In this document: positions 37,940 through 47,329 of the stretch, piece by piece
How positions within the stretch are numbered: position 1 is the first letter of the stretch
Layout: each line of letters opens with the position of its first letter
From: Candidatus Cloacimonadota bacterium
GTDB taxonomy: Bacteria > Cloacimonadota > Cloacimonadia > Cloacimonadales > TCS61
Length of the DNA: 64,000 bases
Reading direction: 5' to 3'
Assembly (NCBI GenBank): GCA_030621085.1
Contig: JAUXIJ010000001.1
Coordinates: 9,809 to 73,808 of the forward strand
Notes under the pieces: generated by a model
The model's database searches: none
What the model was told of the DNA's origin: nothing
Seen by the model: the letters and a program-made list of their open reading frames with translations, nothing else
Program-made: the position numbers and the translations under genes

Positions 37940-38116
37940 CTATAAATTAAATTCTTTGATCTTTCTGGCCAGGGTATTGCGATGAGTACCCAGTATTTTA
38001 GCAGCTTTCAACTGATTGTCGTCGCAACTATCAAGCACTTTCCTGATATGCTCTTTTTCCTTTCCTGCCAGGATTTATCTTTGATTCTTGTTATCTTCCA
38101 CCAGCAGTAACTGCAT
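37940..38116 (-). pseudogene. Remnant of a sigma-54-dependent response regulator, with the receiver and AAA+ domains deleted
   Basis: The minus-strand ATG at 38116 lies 2 nt after the kinase stop. It encodes MQLLLVEDNKNQR*, a receiver-domain start. In another frame, ...LAGKEKEHIRKVLDSCDDNQLKAAKILGTHRNTLARKIKEFNL* follows immediately; this is a Fis-type HTH C-terminus. About 1.2 kb of a normal NtrC-type gene is missing. Confidence 0.7.
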
Positions 38117-38118
38117 TC

Positions 38119-39771
38119 TTACTCCTGCTTTGCCGGTAATTCGATCCTGAATTCCGTACCTTTCTTATCAGAACTCAGCACCGAGATATGACCTCCGTGT
38201 CCTTCGATTATCTTCTTGCATACTGCCAGCCCGATACCGCTGCCGGATTTTTTCGTAGTGAAATAGATATCCCATATCCGGGACAAGTCATCAGTAGGAA
38301 TCCCGCAGCCGTTATCCTTAATGCTGATCACCAGATTATGTTTTTGCCTGCCAGAGGTGATAACTATTTCCTTCCCGTCTTTGGCAGGGTCGAAAGCTTC
38401 CTGAGCATTCTTGATCAAATTTATCAAAACCTGTTTCAGTAGTTTTTCGTCAAGCGGGAAAATCATTTTCTGCTGAGCTGCAAACTTGATATGAACACCA
38501 GTGGTATTACTATTGAATTGATCAACCACTGCGGAGATGATCCGATTCACATCCACCGGTTGTCGTTGAATATACAGCTGGTGAGAGAGTGATAATAACT
38601 GTTCGACGATCTTGTTAAGCCGCTCCATCTCGGCATAGGAAACTTTAAGCAGACGGTCAAATTCCTCACTCTTTTCTTTCACTTCAAATTCCAGCTTCAT
38701 TCTCTGCAGGATCATATAGATGGAGTTGAGAGGATTTTTGATCTCGTGCGCTACCTCCCCGCCCAGCCGAGCTATATCCACCATTCTCCTGCTGCTGTTC
38801 AGCTCTTCCCGGGAGCGCAGCAGTTTTTTATAATTCCGATAAAAGAGATATTCTAGAAAGAGAGAGAACAGGAATATGAACGAAAAGAGCAGAAGCACTA
38901 CTTTCTTCCTGGTCTGTGCATGTTCAAAACGCTGCAGACTAACCCCCAGTCGGATCACTCCGAAATCGTAGCCTTCCAGTCGGAAAGGGGTGACCGTTTC
39001 TAGGATCTTTCTTTCCTCAAAAATTGTGAAGCGTGAAGCGGTCTGCCGAGAATGAAAGATCTCTTTCAAAAACTCATCATCCCGCAGTCGTCTTAAAGAG
39101 GTTATGTTGGAAGTAGCAGCGATTATACCCAGTGTGTCCTGGATAACTACATAGAGTACCTGCTCAGTCACAGGCATCCGGTCAGAGTTTTCCAGTAGTG
39201 AACCCTCTACAAAATCTATCATACCGGACAGAGATATATCTCTGGTGTGTTCCAAAATAACACTGTCGCTGAGGGCTCCTACAAAATAGTAAGCTGGTTT
39301 TTTCCTGATCATTATCCTGCTGCCGAAAACCTCACCGGAATCAGCCGGCACAGCAACTACTGATGTTTCTCCCACCTGCAGTTCCAGCAGTGAAAGATCG
39401 TGGGGATAAATGTCCTGATAGAGATTGGAATTGATCACACTACCAGCAGGATCGATAAAAGAGAGTTCCTTAAAATCATGTTCCCGGCAGAGCTGCTGAA
39501 GCTGCCGGGTGGTGATCCAGGGCTGATTCTGCAATATTTCAGCAGCCAGTTCCAGTCGTGACATAAGCGTGTTCTCGATCGTTTCGCTGGCGAAAATATT
39601 ATTGATGATCGCTCTTTTCAACATATCCAGATAAAGCTGGTTATGCAGTTTTTCCTCGGTCAGCTGCTGCGAAGTATTCCTGCTCTGGATATAAAGCAGC
39701 GCCAGCCAGCCGCAGATAATGATAGCTGCCAGCAGGATCAGTATTGTTTTCAATCTTTTTTCATTGATCAT
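38119..39771 (-). CDS. Sensor histidine kinase (two TM segments, periplasmic sensor, HisKA and HATPase_c)
   Basis: H-box GEVAHEIKNPLNSI. N-box LINLIKNAQEA. G1 DNGCGI. G2 GSGIGLAVCKKIIEGHGG. Confidence 0.9.
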   Translation of the reverse strand: MINEKRLKTILILLAAIIICGWLALLYIQSRNTSQQLTEEKLHNQLYLDMLKRAIINNIFASETIENTLMSRLELAAEILQNQPWITTRQLQQLCREHDFKELSFIDPAGSVINSNLYQDIYPHDLSLLELQVGETSVVAVPADSGEVFGSRIMIRKKPAYYFVGALSDSVILEHTRDISLSGMIDFVEGSLLENSDRMPVTEQVLYVVIQDTLGIIAATSNITSLRRLRDDEFLKEIFHSRQTASRFTIFEERKILETVTPFRLEGYDFGVIRLGVSLQRFEHAQTRKKVVLLLFSFIFLFSLFLEYLFYRNYKKLLRSREELNSSRRMVDIARLGGEVAHEIKNPLNSIYMILQRMKLEFEVKEKSEEFDRLLKVSYAEMERLNKIVEQLLSLSHQLYIQRQPVDVNRIISAVVDQFNSNTTGVHIKFAAQQKMIFPLDEKLLKQVLINLIKNAQEAFDPAKDGKEIVITSGRQKHNLVISIKDNGCGIPTDDLSRIWDIYFTTKKSGSGIGLAVCKKIIEGHGGHISVLSSDKKGTEFRIELPAKQE

Positions 39772-39782
39772 TATAACTTCCT

Positions 39783-40757
39783 TTAACGCGTCAAGATATC
39801 AAATTGGAATTTTAAACCAGCAATAAATTCAAAGGCGATTTCATCATCTACGTCTGTGGTCTGATAGAATCCCTTGGCATAGGTCATACAGCCATCTGCC
39901 CAGAGCCAGTCCGCATAGAAGCCTGCCAGAAGACTGATCTCAAAGTAGGGCCATTCCACCGCGGTTGACAGATAATCTTTGCTGGTAAGAGCGAGCCAGG
40001 GTTTGCCTAATAGATTACCTTTTTCCATACTATACTCAATACTGAATTTATGCATATTATAAGAAAAGAGATCGTATAATTCTTCGCTGGGATAGAGTAG
40101 TTGGTTTCCCTTATACAGATTATGGTTGAGAAAGTAGGACAGGTTCAATCCGGAATAATCACCGACCGGGAAAGAGAAGGTTATTTGATAATTAACCATC
40201 AGCAGTGGAGAGTTGTCTGCAAAATGTTTGGTGGCAGCATTAAATTCATGATGCACGTTATAGGTTTCCAGGAATTTTTTAGTGAGGAAATAGGCGTTAA
40301 ACTCCAGGTTGGAAAAAGCATCGTTCCCGGGAAAAGAACTGTTTCTGCCCCGAAGGCCATATTCGCTGAAAGCGGTTGAAGATTCATACTGATCAAAAAA
40401 CTGGGCAGTGATATGTCTCACATCCAGGCTGTCTTTTTCATCATCCAGACAGCGTCCGGATATGCTGAAACTAAAGAGTGGTAAAGTGCGCTCATAGATC
40501 ACACCGGTCTGCCATTTGGACAGTGAATCCAGACTTGCAAATAAATAGACCGAACCATCTATTGCAAGTCTGGAAACCGGTGTCTGCAGCTCAGTGGAAA
40601 TTGTGGTAAATAGTTCTCTTTCCGACTTCTCTGCAAACCTTTTTTCCAGGTGCAGCCCGCTGCCTGCTTCCGTAAATATGAGCAATTCCTCGGTTGTCTG
40701 AGCAAATGATGTAATGCAGGCAAACAGGAGCAGTATAAAAAGCTTTCTAACTGCCAT
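39783..40757 (-). CDS. Hypothetical secreted protein, putative OM beta-barrel
   Basis: Signal peptide MAVRKLFILLLFACITSFAQ. Aromatic-rich alternating strands. The start overlaps the upstream stop (TAATG). Confidence 0.5.
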   Translation of the reverse strand: MAVRKLFILLLFACITSFAQTTEELLIFTEAGSGLHLEKRFAEKSERELFTTISTELQTPVSRLAIDGSVYLFASLDSLSKWQTGVIYERTLPLFSFSISGRCLDDEKDSLDVRHITAQFFDQYESSTAFSEYGLRGRNSSFPGNDAFSNLEFNAYFLTKKFLETYNVHHEFNAATKHFADNSPLLMVNYQITFSFPVGDYSGLNLSYFLNHNLYKGNQLLYPSEELYDLFSYNMHKFSIEYSMEKGNLLGKPWLALTSKDYLSTAVEWPYFEISLLAGFYADWLWADGCMTYAKGFYQTTDVDDEIAFEFIAGLKFQFDILTR

Positions 40758-41119
40758 TACCTCCCACCGCTGTCGGAGCCTGGTCCAGGTTGCCTATTTC
40801 GACGATCCCGACCACTTTGACCATTTCGCCATTCACGGCAGGAACCGCTGCGGAAAACCTTTCCGGAAAGCTGGCGGTTGCGATGCCAATGACGATGTCT
40901 CTCTTGGAAATTGCGATCGTCTGCTATACCGTCACCGTCCTTATCTACAAAAACATCTTTCTCTGTTTCTTCCGTATCGTTCTGACGGATCTTTTCACGG
41001 ATTCTGATCCTCTCTCTCTCCTGCAGTTTTATCTGCTCTTTCGTCTTTACCCGCAGTGAATCTTCCGCAAAGAGGGTAAGGGCAAAAAGCATTAAAAGTA
41101 CCATAATTTTGGCTTTCAT
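40757..41119 (-). CDS. Small secreted protein (charged helical N-terminal part, DKDGDG motif, His/Arg-rich tail)
   Basis: GAGGAG RBS. Signal peptide MKAKIMVLLMLFALTLFA. It is the first gene of the operon. The C-terminal R/G-rich third looks unusual. Confidence 0.5.
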   Translation of the reverse strand: MKAKIMVLLMLFALTLFAEDSLRVKTKEQIKLQERERIRIREKIRQNDTEETEKDVFVDKDGDGIADDRNFQERHRHWHRNRQLSGKVFRSGSCREWRNGQSGRDRRNRQPGPGSDSGGR

Positions 41120-41257
41120 ATCTACTCCTCTGACAAATTTCTCTTTGTCGATTTTTTTTAGGCAAGTTTTTTCTTTATAAATTTTAGGGCAGGAAAAAGA
41201 GATGTTCTTCCTGCTTTAATTTACCTTGCACCTCTATTTTTCCTATATTGAAACAGA

Positions 41258-41273
41258 AGCAAGCAGTGTGCCA
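41258..41273 (-). promoter_or_regulatory. Sigma-54 (-24/-12) promoter
   Basis: The minus strand reads T-TGGCAC-ACTGC-TTGCT, a perfect match to the core consensus TGGCAC-N5-TTGCW. It lies about 140 nt upstream of the ATG at 41119. Confidence 0.65.
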
Positions 41274-41359
41274 AACGGGCAACATGTTGACATATAAGAA
41301 ATTAAATAGAATCAGCACCTGAGGTTTTGCCCTCTTCTAGGACAAGAGAACGCTGCCTT

Positions 41360-41376
41360 TGCACCATATTAGTGCA
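41360..41376. promoter_or_regulatory. NtrC-type enhancer-like inverted repeat
   Basis: TGCACCA-TAT-TAGTGCA, against the NtrC-type consensus TGCACCA-N3-TGGTGCA (one mismatch). It is centred about 98 bp upstream of the -24 element on the minus strand. Confidence 0.4.
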
Positions 41377-41569
41377 GCCTGGATGAAGAGAATAAGAAAT
41401 TTTTTTATTTTTTCATCCTGATAAACTTAATCTCTGCCGGTCAGTTGCTTTAGAAAATGCAGGCTGAATTGAGTGAAAAAAAAATGTAGCAGTTTGACTT
41501 GACACAATGAATTTGTCATAAAAAATAACCCGGTTTAATAAGAGAAAAAATTCTGAAAAAGGGATTTTA

Positions 41570-44500
41570 ATGGCTTTTGTTCATTTGCATAACCACACGC
41601 AATACAGTTTATTAGATGGTGCCTGCCGTGTAGATAAAATAATAGCAATGGCTAAGGAGTACGGTATGCCGGCGGTAGCCATGACCGATCACGGCAATAT
41701 GTTCGGAGCCATCGACTTTTATACAAAAGCCAGAAAAGAGGGTATCAAACCGATCATCGGTATGGAAACCTATATCATCAGCGGTGAGCTGGATTCTCAA
41801 GCTTCCAAAAAGGAGATCCGACACCATCTCGTTCTACTGGTCCAGAACCTTCAGGGCTATAAGAACCTGATGAAACTTACTTCCAAAGCTTATCTGAAAG
41901 GTTTTTACTACAAACCCAGGATCAATAAAGAACTTCTTAAGAAATATTCGGAAGGGTTGATATGTCTTTCTGCCTGCCTGAAAGGAGAGATCCCTCATCT
42001 TCTGTATAACAAGAAAATCGAACAGGCCCAGGAAGTTGTAAATTTTTATAGAAAGACTTTCCCTGAGAGATTCTACCTGGAGATCCAGGATCATGGGCTG
42101 GAAGAAGAGAAAATCGTGCAGCCTCTTCTGATCAAACTGGCTCAGGATACAGATACTCCCCTGGTTATTACCAATGACTGCCATTATCTCAAAAAAGAGG
42201 ATGCCGAAGCTCACGATGTGCTGCTCTGTATCCAGACCGGTAAAACCTTTGCCGATACCAATCGGCTCAAATACAATACGAACCAGCTCTTCTTTAAATC
42301 TGAAGAGGAGATGAGAGAACTTTTTCCCGAGTTGGAAGAAGCCTACGAGAACACTATAAAGATCGCAGCTGAAATCGATCTGGAACTGGATTATAAAGAA
42401 TTTCTCTTTCCCAGCATTGAAATTCCGTCGGAGTTTACCAGTGCCAAAGAGTATCTTAAAAAACTTTGCTACAAAGCGGCAGAAGAAAAATATCCTCAAA
42501 TGAACGATGAAAGTAAAGACCGCATCGATTATGAACTGAGTATGATCAACAAGATGGGTTATAATGAATATTTTCTGATCGTGAAGGATTTTTGTGATGC
42601 AGCCAGGCAGATGAATGTACCCGTAGGACCGGGACGAGGTTCGGTAGTGGGTAGCGTGGTTTCCTACCTGCTGGGTATAACTCAGATAGAGCCGCTGCAG
42701 TATGGACTATTCTTTGAACGCTTTCTCAATCCCGATCGGATCGGTATGCCCGACATCGATATTGATTTCTGTGCCGAAGGACGCAGTAAGATCATTGATT
42801 ATGTTATTAAAAAATACGGACGCGAGAGCGTAGCCCAGATCATAACTTTCGGCACCCTGGGTGCCAAATCTGTGATCAAGGATGTGGCACGGGTGATGGA
42901 AGTTCCTGCTACCACTGCCAACGAGATCACTAAACTTATTCCCTCAACTCCCCGGATCACTCTGGAGGAAGCGCTGCGCCAATCCAAGGAATTTGCCCAC
43001 AAGATGGCAGAAGATGATGTAAAAGCTTCCATCCTGACCTATTCCAAAGTTCTGGAAGGTCTGGTGCGTCATATCGGAGTCCATGCAGCCGGAGTTGTTA
43101 TTACTCCCGGTAAAGTCAGTGATTATGTTCCCCTGGCTACCAGCAACCAGAAAAACGGTGAGCTTTCCGTTCTGGTACAGTACGAAGGAAAGTGGCTGGA
43201 AGATCTGAAAATGCTGAAAATGGATTTCCTTGGTTTAAAGACGCTGACGCTGATCAAGAAGACAGTGAAACTGGTAAAACAGTCGCAGGGAAAAGATATA
43301 GATATTGCTCAAGTTGATATTCATGATAAGGAATCATACGAACTTCTCTCCCGGGGTCAAACCGACGGCATCTTCCAGTTTGAATCAGCCGGCATGAAGA
43401 AATATCTGAGCAGTCTGAAGCCGAATGTTTTTGAAGATCTGATCGCTATGGTTGCTCTCTACCGTCCGGGACCGATGCAGTTCATTGACAGTTTTATCAA
43501 CCGCAAACACGGTCGCGAACGAATCTCTTATTCTCATCCTCTCACGGAAAGTGCTCTAAAGGAGACCTACGGGGTTTCGGTTTATCAGGAACAGGTGATG
43601 CAGATAGCCCGGGAGATGGGTGGACTAAGCGGGGCGGAAGCTGACACTCTCAGAAAAGCTATTTCCAAGAAGAAGTTGAGCACCATGGAAGAGCTCAAGG
43701 TCAAATTCGTGGAGGGAGCTTCTCAGAATGGCGTTAAACCACAGATAATCGAGAAGATCTGGACAGACTGGCTGGATTTCGCCAACTATGCCTTTAATAA
43801 AAGTCATGCCACAGCTTATGCTTTCATTGCCTTTCAAACAGCCTACCTGAAAGCACATTTCCCGGTCGAATTCATGGCAGCCCTGCTCTCGCTGGAAGAT
43901 AATCCCAGCAAGATCCCTTATTTCATAGATGCCTGCAAGGCGATGGATATCGAAGTTATGCCGCCCAATATAAATTGCAGCAGGAAAGAGTTCGAGGTAC
44001 ATGGCAAAAAAATACTCTTTGGACTGAAAGCGATCAAGAACGTAGGCAGTGCGGCGATCAGATCCATCATTACAGATCGTGAAAAAGACGGTGCTTATAA
44101 GAACATCTTTGAGTTTGCTATCCGCTCCGATGCGATGTGTGTAAATAAAGCAGTATTGGAAAGCCTGATCATGGCCGGTGCTATGGACGAATTAGAAGGC
44201 AACCGCGCTCAGAACTATGAAGCTGTTCAGATGGCTCTGGACTATGCTTCGGAAGTGCAGACTGAAAAGCGCCGTGGGCAGATGATGTTTTTCGATACGC
44301 TCGGTGCCGATGGTTCGGAAGGTGATTATAAACCGGAACTTCCCGATGAGCATGAATGGGCACTGAACAGAAAGCTGAAATGTGAAAAGCAGATCCTGGG
44401 TTTCTACTGGTCAGGTCACCCGCTCAGCCAATATCAGAAAATGCTAGATCTTTTTATCAATACAAGCACGGAAGATGCTGGATACAATCCGGAAAAAGTA

Positions 44501-45019
44501 CCTGCCAATATCGCTATCGCCGGGGTGGTTTCCGAAGTGCAGAAAAAAGCCGATAAGAGGGGAAATTCATTTGCCATCATTACCATGGAAGATCTTTCCG
44601 GCAAATTTGAAGTAAAGCTGTTCAACAGCGACTACGAGAATTACATGGATTTGATGGAAGAGGGCAAGGAACTCTTTATCCTGGGTAAGAAATCAACTTA
44701 CAACAATGGCAAAGAGGGCATTTTGAACATTATTCCCAAGAAAATCCTCAATTTTGCAGAGATGGCGACCCAGCTCTCCGGAGAGATATTTCTGAAGATC
44801 AAAGAAGCTGATTTCAATAGTGAATTTGCCAAGAAATTAATGAATTACTTTAATGAACATCCCGGTAAGTTCGGGGTTCACATTACGGTTCAAACAGAAA
44901 AATTCAAAACCATGAACCTCCATCCCCGCACTATCAAGATCTTTCCCTGCGCCGATATCGACGAACTCTTTGAAGGTATTGAAGAGTACCAGAAAAGAGT
45001 GAATCTGAATTTCAGTTAG
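41570..45019 (+). CDS. dnaE: DNA polymerase III alpha subunit
   Basis: PHP domain FVHLHNHTQYSLLDGA...MTDHGNMFGA. Polymerase core motifs PDIDIDF and GLLKMDFLGLKTL-like (LKMDFLGLKTLT). Length 1149 aa. Confidence 0.95.
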   Translation: MAFVHLHNHTQYSLLDGACRVDKIIAMAKEYGMPAVAMTDHGNMFGAIDFYTKARKEGIKPIIGMETYIISGELDSQASKKEIRHHLVLLVQNLQGYKNLMKLTSKAYLKGFYYKPRINKELLKKYSEGLICLSACLKGEIPHLLYNKKIEQAQEVVNFYRKTFPERFYLEIQDHGLEEEKIVQPLLIKLAQDTDTPLVITNDCHYLKKEDAEAHDVLLCIQTGKTFADTNRLKYNTNQLFFKSEEEMRELFPELEEAYENTIKIAAEIDLELDYKEFLFPSIEIPSEFTSAKEYLKKLCYKAAEEKYPQMNDESKDRIDYELSMINKMGYNEYFLIVKDFCDAARQMNVPVGPGRGSVVGSVVSYLLGITQIEPLQYGLFFERFLNPDRIGMPDIDIDFCAEGRSKIIDYVIKKYGRESVAQIITFGTLGAKSVIKDVARVMEVPATTANEITKLIPSTPRITLEEALRQSKEFAHKMAEDDVKASILTYSKVLEGLVRHIGVHAAGVVITPGKVSDYVPLATSNQKNGELSVLVQYEGKWLEDLKMLKMDFLGLKTLTLIKKTVKLVKQSQGKDIDIAQVDIHDKESYELLSRGQTDGIFQFESAGMKKYLSSLKPNVFEDLIAMVALYRPGPMQFIDSFINRKHGRERISYSHPLTESALKETYGVSVYQEQVMQIAREMGGLSGAEADTLRKAISKKKLSTMEELKVKFVEGASQNGVKPQIIEKIWTDWLDFANYAFNKSHATAYAFIAFQTAYLKAHFPVEFMAALLSLEDNPSKIPYFIDACKAMDIEVMPPNINCSRKEFEVHGKKILFGLKAIKNVGSAAIRSIITDREKDGAYKNIFEFAIRSDAMCVNKAVLESLIMAGAMDELEGNRAQNYEAVQMALDYASEVQTEKRRGQMMFFDTLGADGSEGDYKPELPDEHEWALNRKLKCEKQILGFYWSGHPLSQYQKMLDLFINTSTEDAGYNPEKVPANIAIAGVVSEVQKKADKRGNSFAIITMEDLSGKFEVKLFNSDYENYMDLMEEGKELFILGKKSTYNNGKEGILNIIPKKILNFAEMATQLSGEIFLKIKEADFNSEFAKKLMNYFNEHPGKFGVHITVQTEKFKTMNLHPRTIKIFPCADIDELFEGIEEYQKRVNLNFS

Positions 45020-45032
45020 AGGAACATTTCTT

Positions 45033-46358
45033 TTGAAACAGATATTCCTGCTCCTTACTTTCCTGGCTATCGGCAGCGGTCTTTTAGCCGGTCAGTTGAA
45101 TATTACCATCGATTCCAACAGGTTCCTGGATGAAAAAGGCAACACCATCTTTGAAATAAATTATCAGATCCCCTATAAAGATTTGAAATTTGCCAGAACT
45201 GAACAGGGATTTGTGGCCAGGCTGAAAGTAGATTTTGCTCTCAGTAAAGGTGAAAAAACAGCTTACCATGATGATTTTGTTAATAAAATTATTATGAAGG
45301 ATGCAGCAACTGCCGGCTCTTCCTGCTTTTTCTCCGATAAGATCATTCTTACTCTGGCCGGATCCGGCTATCTCTTAACGGTTATCTTCAGCGATGAAGA
45401 GGCTGATAAATCTATCGATTATAACCATGAATTGAATATTCTGCCTAAAAATACTTTGCTGAGTGAGATCGAATTTCTCTTTGATGTAGTAGACGATTCC
45501 ACAAAATTGCATGAGAAATTTCACCGTGATGGAAAGCTGTTTTTTTTGAACAGCTCTCATATTTATACACTTCCGGAAAATGACAGACTCTGGCTCTATT
45601 ATGTTTATTATCCGCCCCCTGACTCAACCGGCTTGTTTTTCGAGACGATAAAAATAAAACGTAAAGAGCAAACCATCCTGGAATCAGTTGCAGAAATACA
45701 GATATCCTATTCAGCAATACCGATCACTAAACATCTGGATATCAGCCACCTGGAAGAGGGTTATTATGAACTTGTCATCAGCTCAGGATTTGACAGCCTA
45801 TTGCAGAAAGAGATAGCACACGATTACTTCAGCATCAGAAAGGAGAAGGTCTTTTCGCAACGGCTTTTTATCGATCTGGAAGATGAGTTCATGCTGCTCA
45901 AATATTTTCTTACCAGCAAACAAACCTCAACCTGGAAAACTCTGACCGAGCAAGGTAAAATCAACTTTCTCAACAGATTCTGGTCTGTCAATGATCCCGA
46001 TCCGACTACCGGGAAAAATGAATTTCTGCTCGCAGTAAAAGAGCGTGTCGATTATTGTAACAATAAATTTTCCTACTTTAAAGAGGGCTGGAAAACCGCC
46101 CGGGGCAGGATATATATCAAACATGATGAACCCGATGAGATCATCAAGCTGCAAACAGGTATTACTGCCAAATACGCTCAGAAAGATTACCAGATCTGGA
46201 AATACAGAACTGACACCGAACTGACCTATATCTTTATCGATCTGCACACCAGCGGTAACTATCGGCTGATATATGTGGAAGATGATGATACGGAGAGTAG
46301 TGATCCGAAATGGCGGATCTATCTGGGAGAAGATTTTGATCCGGGATTACTGGAATAA
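45033..46358 (+). CDS. GWxTD domain-containing secreted protein
   Basis: TTG start 13 nt after dnaE. Signal peptide. C-terminal FW...DP...N.......R..Y.N..F....EGWKTARGRIYIKHDEPDEI...YQIWKY matches the GWxTD domain pattern. Confidence 0.7.
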   Translation: MKQIFLLLTFLAIGSGLLAGQLNITIDSNRFLDEKGNTIFEINYQIPYKDLKFARTEQGFVARLKVDFALSKGEKTAYHDDFVNKIIMKDAATAGSSCFFSDKIILTLAGSGYLLTVIFSDEEADKSIDYNHELNILPKNTLLSEIEFLFDVVDDSTKLHEKFHRDGKLFFLNSSHIYTLPENDRLWLYYVYYPPPDSTGLFFETIKIKRKEQTILESVAEIQISYSAIPITKHLDISHLEEGYYELVISSGFDSLLQKEIAHDYFSIRKEKVFSQRLFIDLEDEFMLLKYFLTSKQTSTWKTLTEQGKINFLNRFWSVNDPDPTTGKNEFLLAVKERVDYCNNKFSYFKEGWKTARGRIYIKHDEPDEIIKLQTGITAKYAQKDYQIWKYRTDTELTYIFIDLHTSGNYRLIYVEDDDTESSDPKWRIYLGEDFDPGLLE

Positions 46359-46374
46359 TATTCTACTGTGTCAA

Positions 46375-46388
46375 AATGATACAATCTG
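46375..46388 (+). repeat. 14-bp direct repeat, copy 1 (AATGATACAATCTG)
   Basis: Exact match to 46727-46740. It lies 17 nt after the GWxTD stop. Confidence 0.6.
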
Positions 46389-46726
46389 TTGCCTATAAGG
46401 GACATTTACTTAAGCGAATAAAATCTAATAATAGATAATTATTAAAATATTTCAATTACTCTATTTCGCATAATTATTTGGTTACACTATAGTAAAACAA
46501 TAAATAGTCGAATTAAACTATCATTTTATTAATAATCCATACATTTTATTGAATGAGATTTATTACTTCCTCCTAACCTGTAAGAAAGCAATAAGTTGCG
46601 CATACTCATGCCTTGATTGTTGCATTCAATTTTACAGGAAACTCAATTTTGGTATAAATAATGTTATATTTATCATGAAAAAATATGGGGATTTGTGCTA
46701 TGCAAGATAAGTTTGTTCAGCCGGAT

Positions 46727-46740
46727 AATGATACAATCTG
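46727..46740 (+). repeat. 14-bp direct repeat, copy 2 (AATGATACAATCTG)
   Basis: Exact match to 46375-46388. The copies are 352 bp apart (start to start), separated by a 338-bp very AT-rich non-coding segment. Confidence 0.6.
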
Positions 46741-46939
46741 GATATCTCAAATTATTAAAAATCGGAAAGTTCGTAAATTTTAATAACTCCGTTTTTTTTA
46801 GAGATTAGATAAAAAAAATATTAATAAATTTGACAGATTAGTATATATTATTAATTTCTGTGCTGTTTAGCAGATAAGGCTACGATATCATAAAATTAAT
46901 AGTGACTAAAGAAATGGAACGTAGATTGCGGAGAAAAGT

Positions 46940-47314
46940 TTATTCTAAAACAGATGTAAAGGCATCTTTGAAATGCTGGATCTTGGTTGAGTCTGGTTTT
47001 TTCAGAACAACAATGAGATCGAAGCGGGTAAAGTTGTCTTCATACTGATGATTTTGGGATAGAAAAAAGGAAGCGGTTTTGGAGAGTTTTAGTTGTTTGG
47101 CATAAGATACGCTGCTGAGGGCGGAACTCAGATTCGAAGTACGTGTTTTTACTTCCAGGAAAACCAGCAGATCGTCGTCCAGGGCAATTATATCGATCTC
47201 TCCATATTGGGAATAATAGTTACGATGAATGATTTTATAACCAAAGGAATTAAGGTATTCAGCAGCCATATCCTCTCCCGATTTGCCCATTATAGCCGTA
47301 TTTACATAATCCAT
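46940..47314 (-). CDS. yraN: YraN-family (UPF0102) endonuclease-like protein
   Basis: GEDMAAEYLNSFGYKIIHRNYYSQYGEIDIIALDDDLLVFLEVKTR, the typical YraN motif. Confidence 0.85.
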   Translation of the reverse strand: MDYVNTAIMGKSGEDMAAEYLNSFGYKIIHRNYYSQYGEIDIIALDDDLLVFLEVKTRTSNLSSALSSVSYAKQLKLSKTASFFLSQNHQYEDNFTRFDLIVVLKKPDSTKIQHFKDAFTSVLE

Positions 47315-47329
47315 GATTCGAAAAATGTC

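Noticed and set aside
41381-41422. Inverted repeat GGATGAA...TTCATCC with a ~24-nt AT-rich loop, near the NtrC-like site.
   Set aside because: The loop is too long for a convincing terminator, and no gene ends nearby. It may be incidental or a second regulator site, and there is not enough support to call it.
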